A stretch of 63,408 nucleotides of DNA, filler included, from Reticulomyxa filosa (lineage: Eukaryota; Protista; Foraminifera), in assembly GCA_000512085.1 (NCBI GenBank). It is 19 parts of 19 records of this genome, joined end to end, with 100 filler letters (N's around TTAATTAATTAA, not from the genome) between each part and the next. Parts side by side here need not be neighbours in the genome. Positions count along the whole stretch, not along the records: positions 48,940 to 51,853 come from ASPP01000621.1; positions 51,954 to 53,672 come from ASPP01038655.1; positions 53,773 to 55,627 come from ASPP01004293.1; positions 55,728 to 57,368 come from ASPP01012088.1; positions 57,469 to 60,503 come from ASPP01001873.1; positions 60,604 to 62,020 come from ASPP01021746.1; positions 62,121 to 63,408 come from ASPP01044993.1; 12 more parts are not named here. One strand, 5' to 3'. Positions 50,145 to 62,212 of this stretch are shown piece after piece. The translations under genes were made by a program, and so were the position numbers. Within the stretch, counting starts at the first letter, position 1. The number at the start of each line of letters is the position of its first letter. Below the pieces are notes generated by a model. That model did no database searches, had not been told where the DNA came from, and was given only the letters and a program-made list of their open reading frames with translations.

Positions 50145-51480
50145 TTTTTTTTTTAGATAGGTTGGACATTTATCAAGAAATGCTAGATAGTATCTTCTTC
50201 TTCACACTAAATACAATCAGGAGAATCTGATCTTTGGATGTGATATAAAAATCATTCAATCCAACTTTGCTAGTAATCAACATACAAATGACCTTGGGCT
50301 CACCAAAATATAATCTTCTCAAATAATTTTGCTTCCATCAGGTTAGATAGGAAATAACGTGGCATTACATGTTTTGGGATTGTTATAGTTATTCAGGAAT
50401 ATCGCTGATCTGTGTTATTGAATCAGATCTGTAGCGCTTTTCTGCAGTATTCCAGAATGTTCTTTATCCAATAAATTTATTGAACATTATCCTCATCACG
50501 ATGCAATCATGATCTGATGTTGGTTCATTAAAGAGCAAATGTGGAACATTTGGAATTGCATGAAAATCTGGTTCATGGATACATCAACGGGATAATATTG
50601 ACAGTTTACCAATCCATGAATATCTTTGGTTTCGATTCATTCTAAATCTTGTGTGACAACACAAGATTATGACCATTGATTGACCTGACCATTTGATGCA
50701 CTTGTGTACATCTCAATTCAAAATAAATAAATAAAATTTTTTTTTAGATGGAGCGTGTCAAGTGTTGGTCGCTTTATCCTCAACTAGCACTGCTTTTTGC
50801 CCTCTCTACATGCACAAACTCATGTCTTTCTAGTTAAAAGAGCACCTCGTTCTAAGAGATAGGACACAGTATACAACAATCAAAAAGGTCCAGGCAAATG
50901 ATCTTGCGTTCGCTGAATGTAATACACATTTGATAGGAAATATCGTGACATTATATGTCTTGGATTATCAATCCACTCGCAAATCCAATGTCTGTTCTAT
51001 TGCTATGTAAAGAATGGGATATGTAATAATTACTCATATATCCCAATGCAAGTCTCAGGTCGATGTCTTGAATTTGAAGAACGGCAACAATATATTGACT
51101 GCTGCTCGCATGCGGACATTACATCAGGAAATGTTCAACAGTTTTTTCTTCTCATTCACATAGCACTTGTTTGATCTTGAATAAATATCCATTCAATCCA
51201 ATCTTGCCTGAATCACTCGTGTATTTCTAATTTGTGAAGCACAATCTTTTCAAACGATTGTGCTTCAAGCAGGTTGTCTCTTTGCACTCTTTCATTCCCA
51301 GGAATACCACTTTAATCCAATAGATTTCCCAAGTCTTTCATTATCTTTTGGCAATCAGCGATTAATGTGGGTATTGTGCAATTGGAATACCTGCTTCTGC
51401 ACCGTGGAATTCATAACTCCAAGGATTTTTTTTTTTGATGGGGGCGTGTCAAGTGTTGGAATACTCTCTCTAAAAAAAAA
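50145..51480 (-). mobile_element. Stack of 3' fragments of the same non-LTR element (RNase H, zinc knuckle, 3' UTR, poly-A)
   Basis: Minus strand: EIYWIK..GIPGNER (~51280-51330), KTVEHFLM*CP (~51112-51147), 3' end CCAACACTTGACACG(C/A)(T/C)CCATC(T)AAAAAAA at ~50737 and ~51426, further RNase H remnant YWIK-EHSGI at ~50445-50475. Confidence 0.8.
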
Positions 51481-51953
51481 TAAAAAATAAAATATCCACT
51501 TATCGTCATTGGCAAACTCAAGCCAAAAGTAGGGGATCCCCAAACGTGGATCATTAAGACTTTAATGAATTGCTTTTAGGGCTTTTACAAACCATCGGAT
51601 ATTTTATTTTTGGTCATAGTGATTTGATTTCTGTCATTTATTTGTTTGAATTTGTGATTTCATTGGACAATTTTTATTCAGCACATTTTAAAGTTTTGAA
51701 AGTGCAGCCAGTTGGAACAAAATCCACGCTGTTCTCTCTTTCTTAAAACTGTGGAGGCTTTGTGATATCAACTGGTATTCCTCAATTTTATGAATGAAAT
51801 ATTAAAATGTTTTTAATTATTGTTTTTATGTTTTCATTTGTTTTACAAATTTTNNNNNNNNNNNNNNNNNNNNNNNNNNNNNNNNNNNNNNNNNNNNTTA
51901 ATTAATTAANNNNNNNNNNNNNNNNNNNNNNNNNNNNNNNNNNNNNNNNNNNN

Positions 51954-53672
51954 ATTCCGATACTTGACCAACAACGGTTTCCATTCAACATATGAAATAC
52001 AATATTCCAATTCTTCTTTTAATAACTCGGTTCCATTTTCATCTTCTCCACCTTGTGGGGATGTTTTTTCTTCTTGTTCAACTTCATTTGATTTCTTTTC
52101 GGTCGAGGGTACTTCGTTGCTGTCACTATTTTTTTGTTTTATTTTATTATCCAAGTTTAAAAAAATGAAATAATATTATTGTTATTATGGCTATACCATT
52201 TGGAAGGAATTTGGATAAGCAATTCTAACAGCCAATTCAACATTGGCAAACCCGAAAGTGATTCTCCAATGCATTCGTCCAACTCACTTCTAGAATCTTT
52301 GTCCCAACATTCGTTATCAAATAAAAAACTGTCACTTGTTGATTCTACTTGTTTCTTGAATGCTTTGCGAAATGTTTCCTGTATTTTATTGTACCGAGAA
52401 GGACGAAGGAACCACAACGCCTTGCGATGACGCCACTTACCACTCGGTCTCTCCCCAAAATTATCTTCATTCCACCACTCTTTAAGTGAATCGATCAGTA
52501 ATTCTCCCCATTCATTTTTATTTTTCTCAATGGTATAATTAAAAAATTGAACCCAGACTTCCAAATTTTTGAGATTGGTTTGTCCCTTCCCCAACAACTC
52601 TTTGATCAGATTTCTTCGTCTTTCACTGTCGAATGAATCATTTAATTCAAGTTTCTTTTGTTATTGTTGTAGTTTTGTGATTATTCATTTTTATCATTTA
52701 CCAATATAAAATTATACAAAGCAATGGAATTTGTTAACATTCCACAAGAGGTCAATCAAACCGAATACGGCCTCCTTTTCATACAATATTTTCTCAGAGT
52801 AGTTTTCGATTGTGGCCAGTAATTCTGTTTCTTCCTTCCAACTTTTTTTTGTGGTTTTATTACAATCATGTGCAAGATGGAGTAAACAAATATACAAAAA
52901 AAAACATTACATAATCTTTTGTTCTTGAAAAAATGCTATAAAGGCTAAGAAATCTTTTGTTGACACCATTACCAATTTGATAAACTCATTGTTGTTCATG
53001 AATTGATTTAAAAATGACTTGCGAACACTATCATCTCCAAAGATACCTTTGTTTTCAAGCTCGGCCAAATATAAATTCCACTGCTCAAAATCTTTTTGAA
53101 ATGCTGTCAACATAACTTCCCAACATTTATTGTCATTATCCATTGAACAGATATTGTTCCACACTTCCTTACTTTGTTGGAACAAAAATTTCAAAATAGA
53201 TTGAGATAATGTTGTATCCTTATTGCCATTTAACAAATCGATAACATACATTTCACAGTATATGGGTGCATTTGCCTGTTCCAATTCACGTATACGCAAG
53301 TCTGTTTTTATCACACTAATAAGTTTTGTTTCAATGTCGTCACATTTCCATTCCGAGTTACTATCTTCAAAGAGTTGAGAGAAGTTAATTGAAAAAAAAT
53401 TTTTTATGGTGGGCAAGGAAAGATAATTGAGACATGGAATAAGGAAAAAGTACTCCAATTTGGAATTCTTTCGGATGATGCTTAAATCGCTACCTAATGC
53501 GGTACTAATGGATTGAGGCAGCTCACTTTTACATTCTTCGAAGATACAACTAATTACCTCAAACCATTTCCAGGCCGACCATTTATAGTTATTGTCCAAA
53601 GATATTGAACATTCTTTTAACCACTTTTGCAAGAGTAAATATTGAAGTATCTTTGTGTCGTTTGTTTGTATT
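51954..53672 (-). CDS. Internal fragment of a paralog of the 11385-14876 family
   Basis: Four ORF/exon blocks with conserved motifs aligned by eye to the 13444-11385 exon. Confidence 0.75.
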
Positions 53673-53772
53673 NNNNNNNNNNNNNNNNNNNNNNNNNNNN
53701 NNNNNNNNNNNNNNNNTTAATTAATTAANNNNNNNNNNNNNNNNNNNNNNNNNNNNNNNNNNNNNNNNNNNN

Positions 53773-55627
53773 TAGCGCCAAGATCCTGATCGTCGACGAT
53801 TGAACTGTGATGAACTGATCAAATGCCGTCATATAATTGATATTTCCTAAAATACCAAATCCATTCGATCTTGTCACCATTTGTAATGGGAGACACGTTC
53901 TGGCCTTGGGTAATGATAGTTGTTGGAAATTCTCGCATCCATTACCAATGCATTCACTCAACAATTTTTTTTGGATTGATGATTAGATAAGAGATAGTAT
54001 TATTTGTACTTCCTTTTTTGGACGTATTTGCTCTTGCTATTCTTTCTTGCTTTCTTGATTTGCTATATCTAACACGTCGTCCATAGTCAATAGACAGTTC
54101 AGCAAAGATAATGTGTACTTGTTCTACAAATGCAAGTCACATAACTCTTGTAGTGATAGAGATAGAGCTGGTTGCACTTTCCGACTCTTTTTTCACTGAT
54201 CAACCATATTCAATGTTTTGCGAGCTGACGATTCAAAATCCAATCTTTGCATGTGCGCACGCATACTACCAGTTTCGGCAATCTTGTCGTTATGGAAATT
54301 GCGCTAATTTTGTTAACGCAAATTGTTCTTTGTTTATTGGTGCCAATCGATTGCATTTCAACATCCTCTTTGGTACTATGCCGCGCCAACAATCATACGC
54401 AGAAACTTTTATGCTCAAATGTTGATTGTAAACGTTCTTTACTATGCTTTGGGCTGCCACTACTTGAAATTGCGCACTCATTTATACTTTTCCATTGGGA
54501 CGCGATATTGGACGTTGGTCGACACTTGCGAGTGGCGACTTTGCGCGTTTCCAGACATGAAAAACGATTACGTACCCAAGCTTAATAAAGCCGGCCAATT
54601 GGTCATTTTTATAAATAAAAAAAAATCCAACACGATATATACTCGGAATTCTTTTTGTTCAATGCATTGTTCTTCGTATCGTCTCGCTATTCTTGCTTTT
54701 TGGTGTCTTAGATAACTCCTCCACCAGATTGGGTCACTTTTACATGGGGCAATTCTCTTAATGTAATCGTTTGCTCGATCGCCGTCAATTGATATTTTAT
54801 GACAACTTCCATGCTCTTTTCTTCCTCGCTTTCCACTTCCTAGTCAGTTTAATTGATGCAGCCGTCGCTACACTATAACTTTGACATCGTTTTCACTTGT
54901 TTTCTTTTTTCTTCTTCTTGTCGAGCTTGCTTTTATGTTTTGGCGGTACCAAGGTCTACATTATTTGTTATTGATCTGTGATAGTCTTGTCCCATTGTTC
55001 TAGTGTCACCATATAATGAACGTTTTCCGACTACGAATTTCATTCAATCTCTTTGCCCTTGTGATGGCAAACACACTTTGACCTTGGATAAGGCTTACTA
55101 TTTGAAGTGCTCGCATCATTGCCATGTATCCCATTCGACAATGTTTGAATTGACGATCCAATAGTCCTTTTCTTCATTGTTGGACATATTCTTTGTTGAC
55201 CTTCTTTCTTTCGTGCGATGGTTGAATGATATTTTTGAGTACGCCAACGATCTCTATGTCTTTACAATTCAAAATTTATTATTCACATCCTACTCAAACA
55301 AACACAAATTGTCAACACACACTTTATTTTTTACCAAGTGCTAGGGTAATGCGGCGAATACAAAGTATTGATTCTCAACCAACTCGTTTCTTCTGTAGTC
55401 CATAATCGAATAAGCGCTAATTATCTTTGCCAATTGTCTTCTGAATCGATAAACACAAGGAACACGTCTCTCGCAGTGACAAAGTTAGAAAATGCAACCA
55501 GCTCTCTCTTCACTTATCATCAATGCTCAATGTCTCGCGAGCTCAAGATTCAACTCCAATGTTGCGAATGTGCGCAGCATGTGACTAGTTTTGATTTTTC
55601 TTCTGCGTCCACAAAGTTGCTCCATTT
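53773..55627 (-). repeat. Degenerate dispersed repeat / decayed coding family (homolog of 31829-33940)
   Basis: Peptide remnants ARHSTKEDVEMQSIG vs AWHSTKDGVEMRSTG and PKLVVCVRT vs PRLVACMRI; shared nucleotide blocks in a different order. Confidence 0.75.
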
Positions 55628-55751
55628 NNNNNNNNNNNNNNNNNNNNNNNNNNNNNNNNNNNNNNNNNNNNTTAATTAATTAANNNNNNNNNNNNNNNNN
55701 NNNNNNNNNNNNNNNNNNNNNNNNNNNGAAAATAGGAAAAAAAAGAAAAAG

Positions 55752-55803
55752 GAAATAAGAAAAAGAAATAAGAAAAAGAAATAAGAAAAAGAAATAAGAA
55801 AAA
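55752..55803. repeat. (GAAATAAGAAAAA)x4 tandem repeat in an A-rich contig end
   Basis: Seen directly; low-complexity context. Confidence 0.7.
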
Positions 55804-56049
55804 AGAAAAGAAAAAAAGAAAAAAAGGAAAAAAGAAAATAAATAAAAAAAAAAATAAAATAAAATAGAAAAAAAAGAAAGTAGGAAGAAAAAAAATTCAA
55901 AAATAAATTACAAAATTACTTTTTAAATTTTTGATTGGAATTGTTGCTCGTGCGAGGACAACAACAATAGTTTAAGTTGTTTTTTTTTTGTTTGTTTATT
56001 TAAATATAATAACATACTTATAATATTATAGAATTTGTATTGGACTCGA

Positions 56050-57368
56050 TCATTCGCGTAATTAAATTCGACTTAAAGATGTGGTGAATATATAAAGTGG
56101 GTGTTTGTCAAGAAGCAAGCATTTTGCACTATATTCGGCGGCATAATACAATCAACAGTGCGAATTTTCATTGTTATATTCAACGGAGCTGCTGTATCAT
56201 TTTCCACACTTTATTTGTTGGCGATAACGCATCAATCATACTAGTGTATATGAATAAATATTTATTCGTCGCTCGGATGATGTTTCTATGGACATACATG
56301 AATATCATCTACCCGCATTTCAAATTACCGATAATGCGCTTCCGACAGCATCCAGAACTCGCTATTCAACATACAAGCTATTCCTGAAAATGAAGTTGTA
56401 TATAAAAAAAAAAATACACACATCCATCACAATAGTCTTACCGTCCAGCTCCATTTATAAAAAAAATGTACCTGGATAGTTGTTATTGAACAAATGTGGC
56501 ACTTTGAACTCGAAGAAGCGCTCCACATAATCGATATTTTGAACACTTAAGAACAAGATATCACATCGAAACATGCAGCCATAAGTTCTACGTTTTCAAT
56601 ATTGTTATCACAAGGAACACTGGCATAATTGAAAGATAAACAAGTTGAAGTGAATTATAATTAAATAGCTATCTTCTTTTTTTTCCAATAATATCCAATT
56701 AATGTGTGATTTCTGTACATACATAGATTTGACATAAAAAATTTAATCCCAGTGAGTGCGCTAGAATTATTAATAATTTGATAATAGCATAGTCGACACT
56801 AGTACGTATCCGTTGCTGACCATGTTCGACCGAATTTGAAGCATTGAAAGGCTTTTCTCGGTGGCAGATGATATTGACATTGTCCATTATCCACATGGCT
56901 CCCTCCGATAATATTGTGATTCATTGTCTTCTCTTCAAATCGCATTTGAAGATCAATCAAATACCAATCATATGACCAGTCAATTTGTAAAAACGGCTTC
57001 CAATTTATTAATATCGCCGTTGTTAAGTTAGGCCATCATTTCTATGGAAATCAGTGCGAGCGCATGCGCACTTAGTAACGTCCAGAAAAAAGGAATATCC
57101 GGATCTTGCTCAACAATCTTGGATAGCTTTGCAAATTTATCCATTTGCATATATCCATAATTACACTGCCAATCGTAAAGCACAACCATACCACGAGTGG
57201 CCACAGGAGATGACAAATGCAACGTGCTCTATTTCAAGGTATATATTATTTGTATTATATTTTCAATTGTTGGTAATAATGTCTTAATCAACACAATGTT
57301 AGCATGTACCTTTTCATTGTAGAGTGATGTACTTCATGTTTGTAGTGAAAGCAAGAAAAAGATGGATA
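56050..57368 (-). mobile_element. Highly decayed non-LTR retrotransposon remnant (post-RT region), apparently a different family
   Basis: Minus-strand remnants resembling KYLGVxLDxxLxF (Y-IGI*LDLQMRFEE, ~56935-56975) and RSxLDYG (IRTSVDYA, ~56787-56810), in the expected order. Confidence 0.45.
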
Positions 57369-57654
57369 NNNNNNNNNNNNNNNNNNNNNNNNNNNNNNNN
57401 NNNNNNNNNNNNTTAATTAATTAANNNNNNNNNNNNNNNNNNNNNNNNNNNNNNNNNNNNNNNNNNNNGAAAGAATGTTGATTTCATCCAACAAAAAAAA
57501 AGTTATTAAAAAACCAATTTCATATTTAAAAACTACAAGATTTGTAGATATTTTTTTTAAAATAAAAAAAAATTAGGTCTAAATGTTGATTTTTCATGGA
57601 GAAAGTCAATTTCATCATAGGATATCGTTTTAGGCGTTCAATTTTCTTTGCAAC

Positions 57655-58560
57655 CTAATGTACATTGTGTCTTATCTGTAGCCAAGAGTAGTTTCCATTT
57701 CGATGACCACAGGCACACTTCGTCCAAGATTGTCTGTAATGACTCTAACTGTCCATCAATTTCATCCTTATCTCTCGTGAAGATAGAAGTCCACATCGGC
57801 GAACATCGCACACTGTATTGGACTCTGAATCACTTGGGTTGTATCGTTGATATATAACAAGAATAAAAGAGGTGATAATGATGATCAGTGTTGAACTTCA
57901 GAATCGAATAATCTCTGACTGAGTTCTCGTCAAATGAAGCATAAATTGATTCAGTTAATCACAAGAGTAATTCGGATGTGTTATGCCAAGATTAAAACCC
58001 TGCTTGACACTGGTGCAAGATAGTATGTTCATTCAGACACAACATTAATTTCATTGCAATAATCCTTTTAAACAGCTTTCCAGAAAGGAGTGCAATAGTA
58101 CAACATTGGCTCCATTCCACATTTTAGGAAAATAACCAATATTGAAACTCAAATCGAATAATAGCACGAGAGAATGCTGCACTGAGATGTGCCACAGTGC
58201 TTCAATGACCTCTTCCGTAGTTGGTCCTTGGTGAAGATCGAATAGATCAGGAGATGCACATTGACTTCATATTCTCTTGACATTTCCACAATAGATGATA
58301 TTTCATCTTCAACGAGCTGATAAAATTCATTCGTTTCTACGGTGTGACTTGGAGACTGGAGATTGTGCAATGACTCGCTTTACCCAAATCTCTTTTAGCT
58401 ATTTCATTGTTATCAGGATAGATCAGGGCCGATATCTTGTTCGTGCTAATCCATCTGAATTGGGAAAAGATACTGCGAATTACATTATTTCATCGAATAT
58501 ACATTTTTAATCATGTACAACTGCTTTTCTAGTCTCAATTTCCTTATCAAGGCAGCTGCT
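57655..58560 (-). mobile_element. Non-LTR (LINE) reverse transcriptase pseudogene
   Basis: Collinear RT motifs GYFPKMWNGANVV, KLFKRIIAMKL...LHQCQAGF*SWHNT, CAMFAD, LQTILDEVCLWSSKWKLLLATDKT; stops and internal deletions. Confidence 0.9.
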
Positions 58561-59069
58561 TCTTGCTTATATCTTTTGTATAAAAGAAAGATCAACAATA
58601 GTCAAAAGGCAACAGAATAAGAAATCTGAATTAACCCGATATTAACGCAGATGATGATTGGAAATAGATCAAGAGATGAAACTAACATTGCGAATACCAA
58701 TATGCAAGCAGCAGTTTAAAAAAAAAGAAGCAGTTTATTGATATTCCAGAACAGCATCAACGGATTTTATTCCAAAGACCAAACATTAGAACAAAACTTG
58801 CATTCCACATTCAGATTAAAGAATAAGGACATCGATTATAACTTACAGTATCTTTATGTTCATCACTGGAGTATTATGTCGAAGAGATTTACGATCATTC
58901 AATAACATGCATGATACATTCAATGTATTTGGTTATGAATGATCAAAAGAAAGTGTTGTTGCTATGCAGTCTATATCGAAATTTGCAGTGCAAGCAATTC
59001 AATGTTCAAACATTCGAGCAGAATTACAATATGATGTAAAAATGACTGAATATATTGTCATTGGATGAT

Positions 59070-60000
59070 ATTTTTTTTTAGATGGGTCGTGTCAAGTGTT
59101 GGACTACTCTATCGCTTCATCATCAACTCGCACTGTTTTTTGCTCTATCTACCTGCACAAACTCAGATCTTTCTAGTTAAAAGAGCACATCGTTCTAAGA
59201 TGCAAATAATCAATTTTGCGACAAATGATCTTGCGTTTGCTAAATGTCAATGAATGTAATACAATCTTTTCAAATGATTGAGCTTCCATCAGGTTAGATA
59301 AGAAATATCGTGGCATTACATGTCTTGGAATAAAAAAAAAAATTCATTTAAACATCCTTCATCATCGAGATAAACTTTTGATGGCAATATCAACAACATT
59401 CACGTGCTTTTCTTTAATAATAAGTGCTTAAATTTTATTTTTTGTTTTAGTTTGCTTTAATTTCAATATTTCTCTGAACACTTCGAAAATAAGGTTCAGA
59501 GGATTCGGTTAAGCATTAGCATTGCTCCTGTAATTCCACAGTGAAGAGCTAAATTTATTTCACAACAGTTGATTGATCTCGTACATTTTGTTTGTTTTTT
59601 TTATATTTTAAAGATTAAATTAAAACTTAAAAATTTTTTTTCACTTGTTGTTGATTGTGTGTGAGTTTTTTGATATGTTTTGTTGATATTTTCCTTTTTT
59701 TGTTTGTTTTTATTAGAGTACTGTCCCTTTTGGGACGAGGTGCTCATTTTGACTTGGGTAAGATCTCGTTCTTGCTAAAAAAAAATGTCTTGGAATATCA
59801 ATCCGCGAGCATTATTTGCAACAAGATCCACTTATCATTTCCAGGAATACCAGAATGACCTTTAATCCAATATCTCTGGAGCATTATCCTCATTAAATGA
59901 TCTCAATATCTTCTGACAATCCATAATTGGCAATTTATAGATGTCAGAATCCCATTTATTGAATATCGAATTAATCACTATTCTACAATGTGATCTCCAA
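59070..60000 (-). mobile_element. Further fragments of the same LINE (3' end/poly-A at ~59070, RNase H at 59790-60000)
   Basis: 3' terminus matching the 50737 copy; minus-strand WIKGHSGIPGNDK at ~59830-59870; the intervening block 59480-59785 is in the opposite (+) orientation. Confidence 0.8.
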
Positions 60001-61099
60001 TGTTTGTTGTACCATTGATTGGATATTCAAATAAAAAAAAATAAATTAATATCACATTCATCATTGGCTAACTAAAAAAGCCAACAGAGCAAATGCCGAA
60101 GCGACCAACGAAAAGGTCCCAAAGGCCCTGAAACTAAAAATAAAAAAAAATGCTTCAACAATTTTTATGTTTGTTTTGCTTTGTTTTTTGATTGATATAG
60201 TTTTGTTTAATTTTGTAAGGAGAATGTTGAATTTTTTTCATTTTAATTTGATTGATATTTAACCTTCAAAGCATATGACGTCACCATTTGCTGAAATCTC
60301 GTAGAGTCTGAGCGTGGTTCCAAAGGGATCCTTGGATTCCCTCTGAGCTGCACAGAGGTGAGCAAAAATTTTTGTGGGTTAAATTGAGATCATTTTGAAA
60401 TGATATAAAACGATGCATTCTCTATTTTCACCTAAACAAATTCTAAAATAAATTATTGTTTCAATGTTGAAGCTTGGATGTTATTTGTTGGTTACTTTTT
60501 TGTNNNNNNNNNNNNNNNNNNNNNNNNNNNNNNNNNNNNNNNNNNNNTTAATTAATTAANNNNNNNNNNNNNNNNNNNNNNNNNNNNNNNNNNNNNNNNN
60601 NNNACTTTTTTTTCAATTTATTAAAATTCTTTTAGTGATTGATATTTATATATATAAATATTTTAATATTTTTGTTTCAATTGTGAATGAAAGTGCTTGT
60701 GATCCTCTAAAAAAAAAGCAAATATAATAATAAGTATTGAAACGTGATAGTATGAAAAAGAAGAAGAAGCTATCATCCAATTAGTTTGTATAAACAAAAA
60801 AGGTCTTTTTACAAAAAAAAAGGATGCACTAGCGCTCATACTTTAAAAACTTTCTGCTTTTTTGAATTATAAGTATTTACCTTCAACTTCCAATAATATG
60901 TGTAAAAAAAACACTTTTCTTTTAATTGCGTCACATGTTGTAAAAAAATGACATATTTAAGACCGCAAAAATAATACAATAATCACATGTTCATGTTTAA
61001 TGCAACAGAAGTGAATATAAAAGGTTCAGCAACAAATCATAACATTGAAGGACATTGTGAAAGAGGTTGCGCCTTCCATTTCATTTGGAAAGTGAGAGT

Positions 61100-61350
61100 G
61101 GTCGTACGAGTAAGATCACTGGTAACTCGTAAATTGGGACTTAAGCCAATCTAGAAGGATTGTTGGATCAACAGCAATGAGTGAACAGAACTCACGTTCT
61201 CACAGTATACTGGGAATTCACACTCATCAACTAGACCGTGAAGACACTGTTGACTTTTCTGAGCAAGCGTCTACATTGTATTTCCGGTGTTATCAACGCA
61301 GCCAACAACAGACTCAGCAACAAAAGATTGAAAGAAGATTAAGGCATTAG
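61100..61350 (+). pseudogene. Kinesin motor-domain pseudogene fragment
   Basis: RRIVGSTAMSEQNSRSHSILGIH (switch I, NxxSSRSH-like), then STLYF with DLAGSE missing, then KRLKED*GI in another frame. Confidence 0.75.
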
Positions 61351-61712
61351 TGTAAAAAAGTGATTTTGTTTCAAGGTTAAAAAAAAATGTGCAGCGCCCT
61401 TGTCTTAAAAAAGAACTTTTTTGATCCCACGAAAGACAAATAAATGATAGAATATTAAATCTGTTTCACTTGTTGTAATGTAAAATATGCTGCGTCTTTT
61501 TTTATGAGAACGGGGAACCTTCGTCTTTTTTCCAGACTACTTTACTTGCTCACTTTTTTTTTTATTAAAAAATCATGTCTTTAATGTATCAGCAAAGTTT
61601 TTATGAATTATTTTTATAAACTTTTTATCCACTTAAAAAAATATGATAAATTTTATAAAAGTTATTTTTTTTTTTTAGAGTCAGAACTGAGTCCCTTTTA
61701 AAAAAAGTTGAA

Positions 61713-62020
61713 AATGAATGATGTGCTTGCATTTTGCGAAGAATTGGAAACAAGGCAAAGTTTTTCGTTGTTTCAGCTGATTCTCTCAGAAAACGAGAAA
61801 GCAGCATTACATTAGTTGATCTAGTTTTCACTCGCGCAAAGACTTGCTTGTGTCGCAATGGAAACAGGGGAAATTTGAAAACCCATATATGCCAAAAAGA
61901 GTTTATAATAGTTTAAATGAAGAAACGCAAATCAAAGATAGAGTCTCATATGGAGAGTATTTCGATTGGATTAATGAAAAGGGTCATCAAGAGCATGTAG
62001 AACAATTGAAATCTCTGTCG
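61713..62020 (+). pseudogene. Disrupted coding fragment, unknown family
   Basis: MNDVLAFCEELETRQSFSLFQLILSENEKAALH*LI*FSLAQR, then a frameshift into LVSQWKQGKFENPY... Confidence 0.45.
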
Positions 62021-62212
62021 NNNNNNNNNNNNNNNNNNNNNNNNNNNNNNNNNNNNNNNNNNNNTTAATTAATTAANNNNNNNNNNNNNNNNNNNNNNNN
62101 NNNNNNNNNNNNNNNNNNNNTAAATATAAACTTTGTATGAGAAATGAATGTTTTATTTTGTAGAATATTAACATCTATTATTTATATACACACTAATGTA
62201 ATTTTTTTTATA

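Noticed and set aside
4938-62120. Recurring TTAATTAATTAA palindromes as a biological repeat or CRISPR-like array
   Set aside because: Always centred in exactly 44+44 Ns; a concatenation linker. ORFs ending in X..LIN or X..N are artefacts of it.
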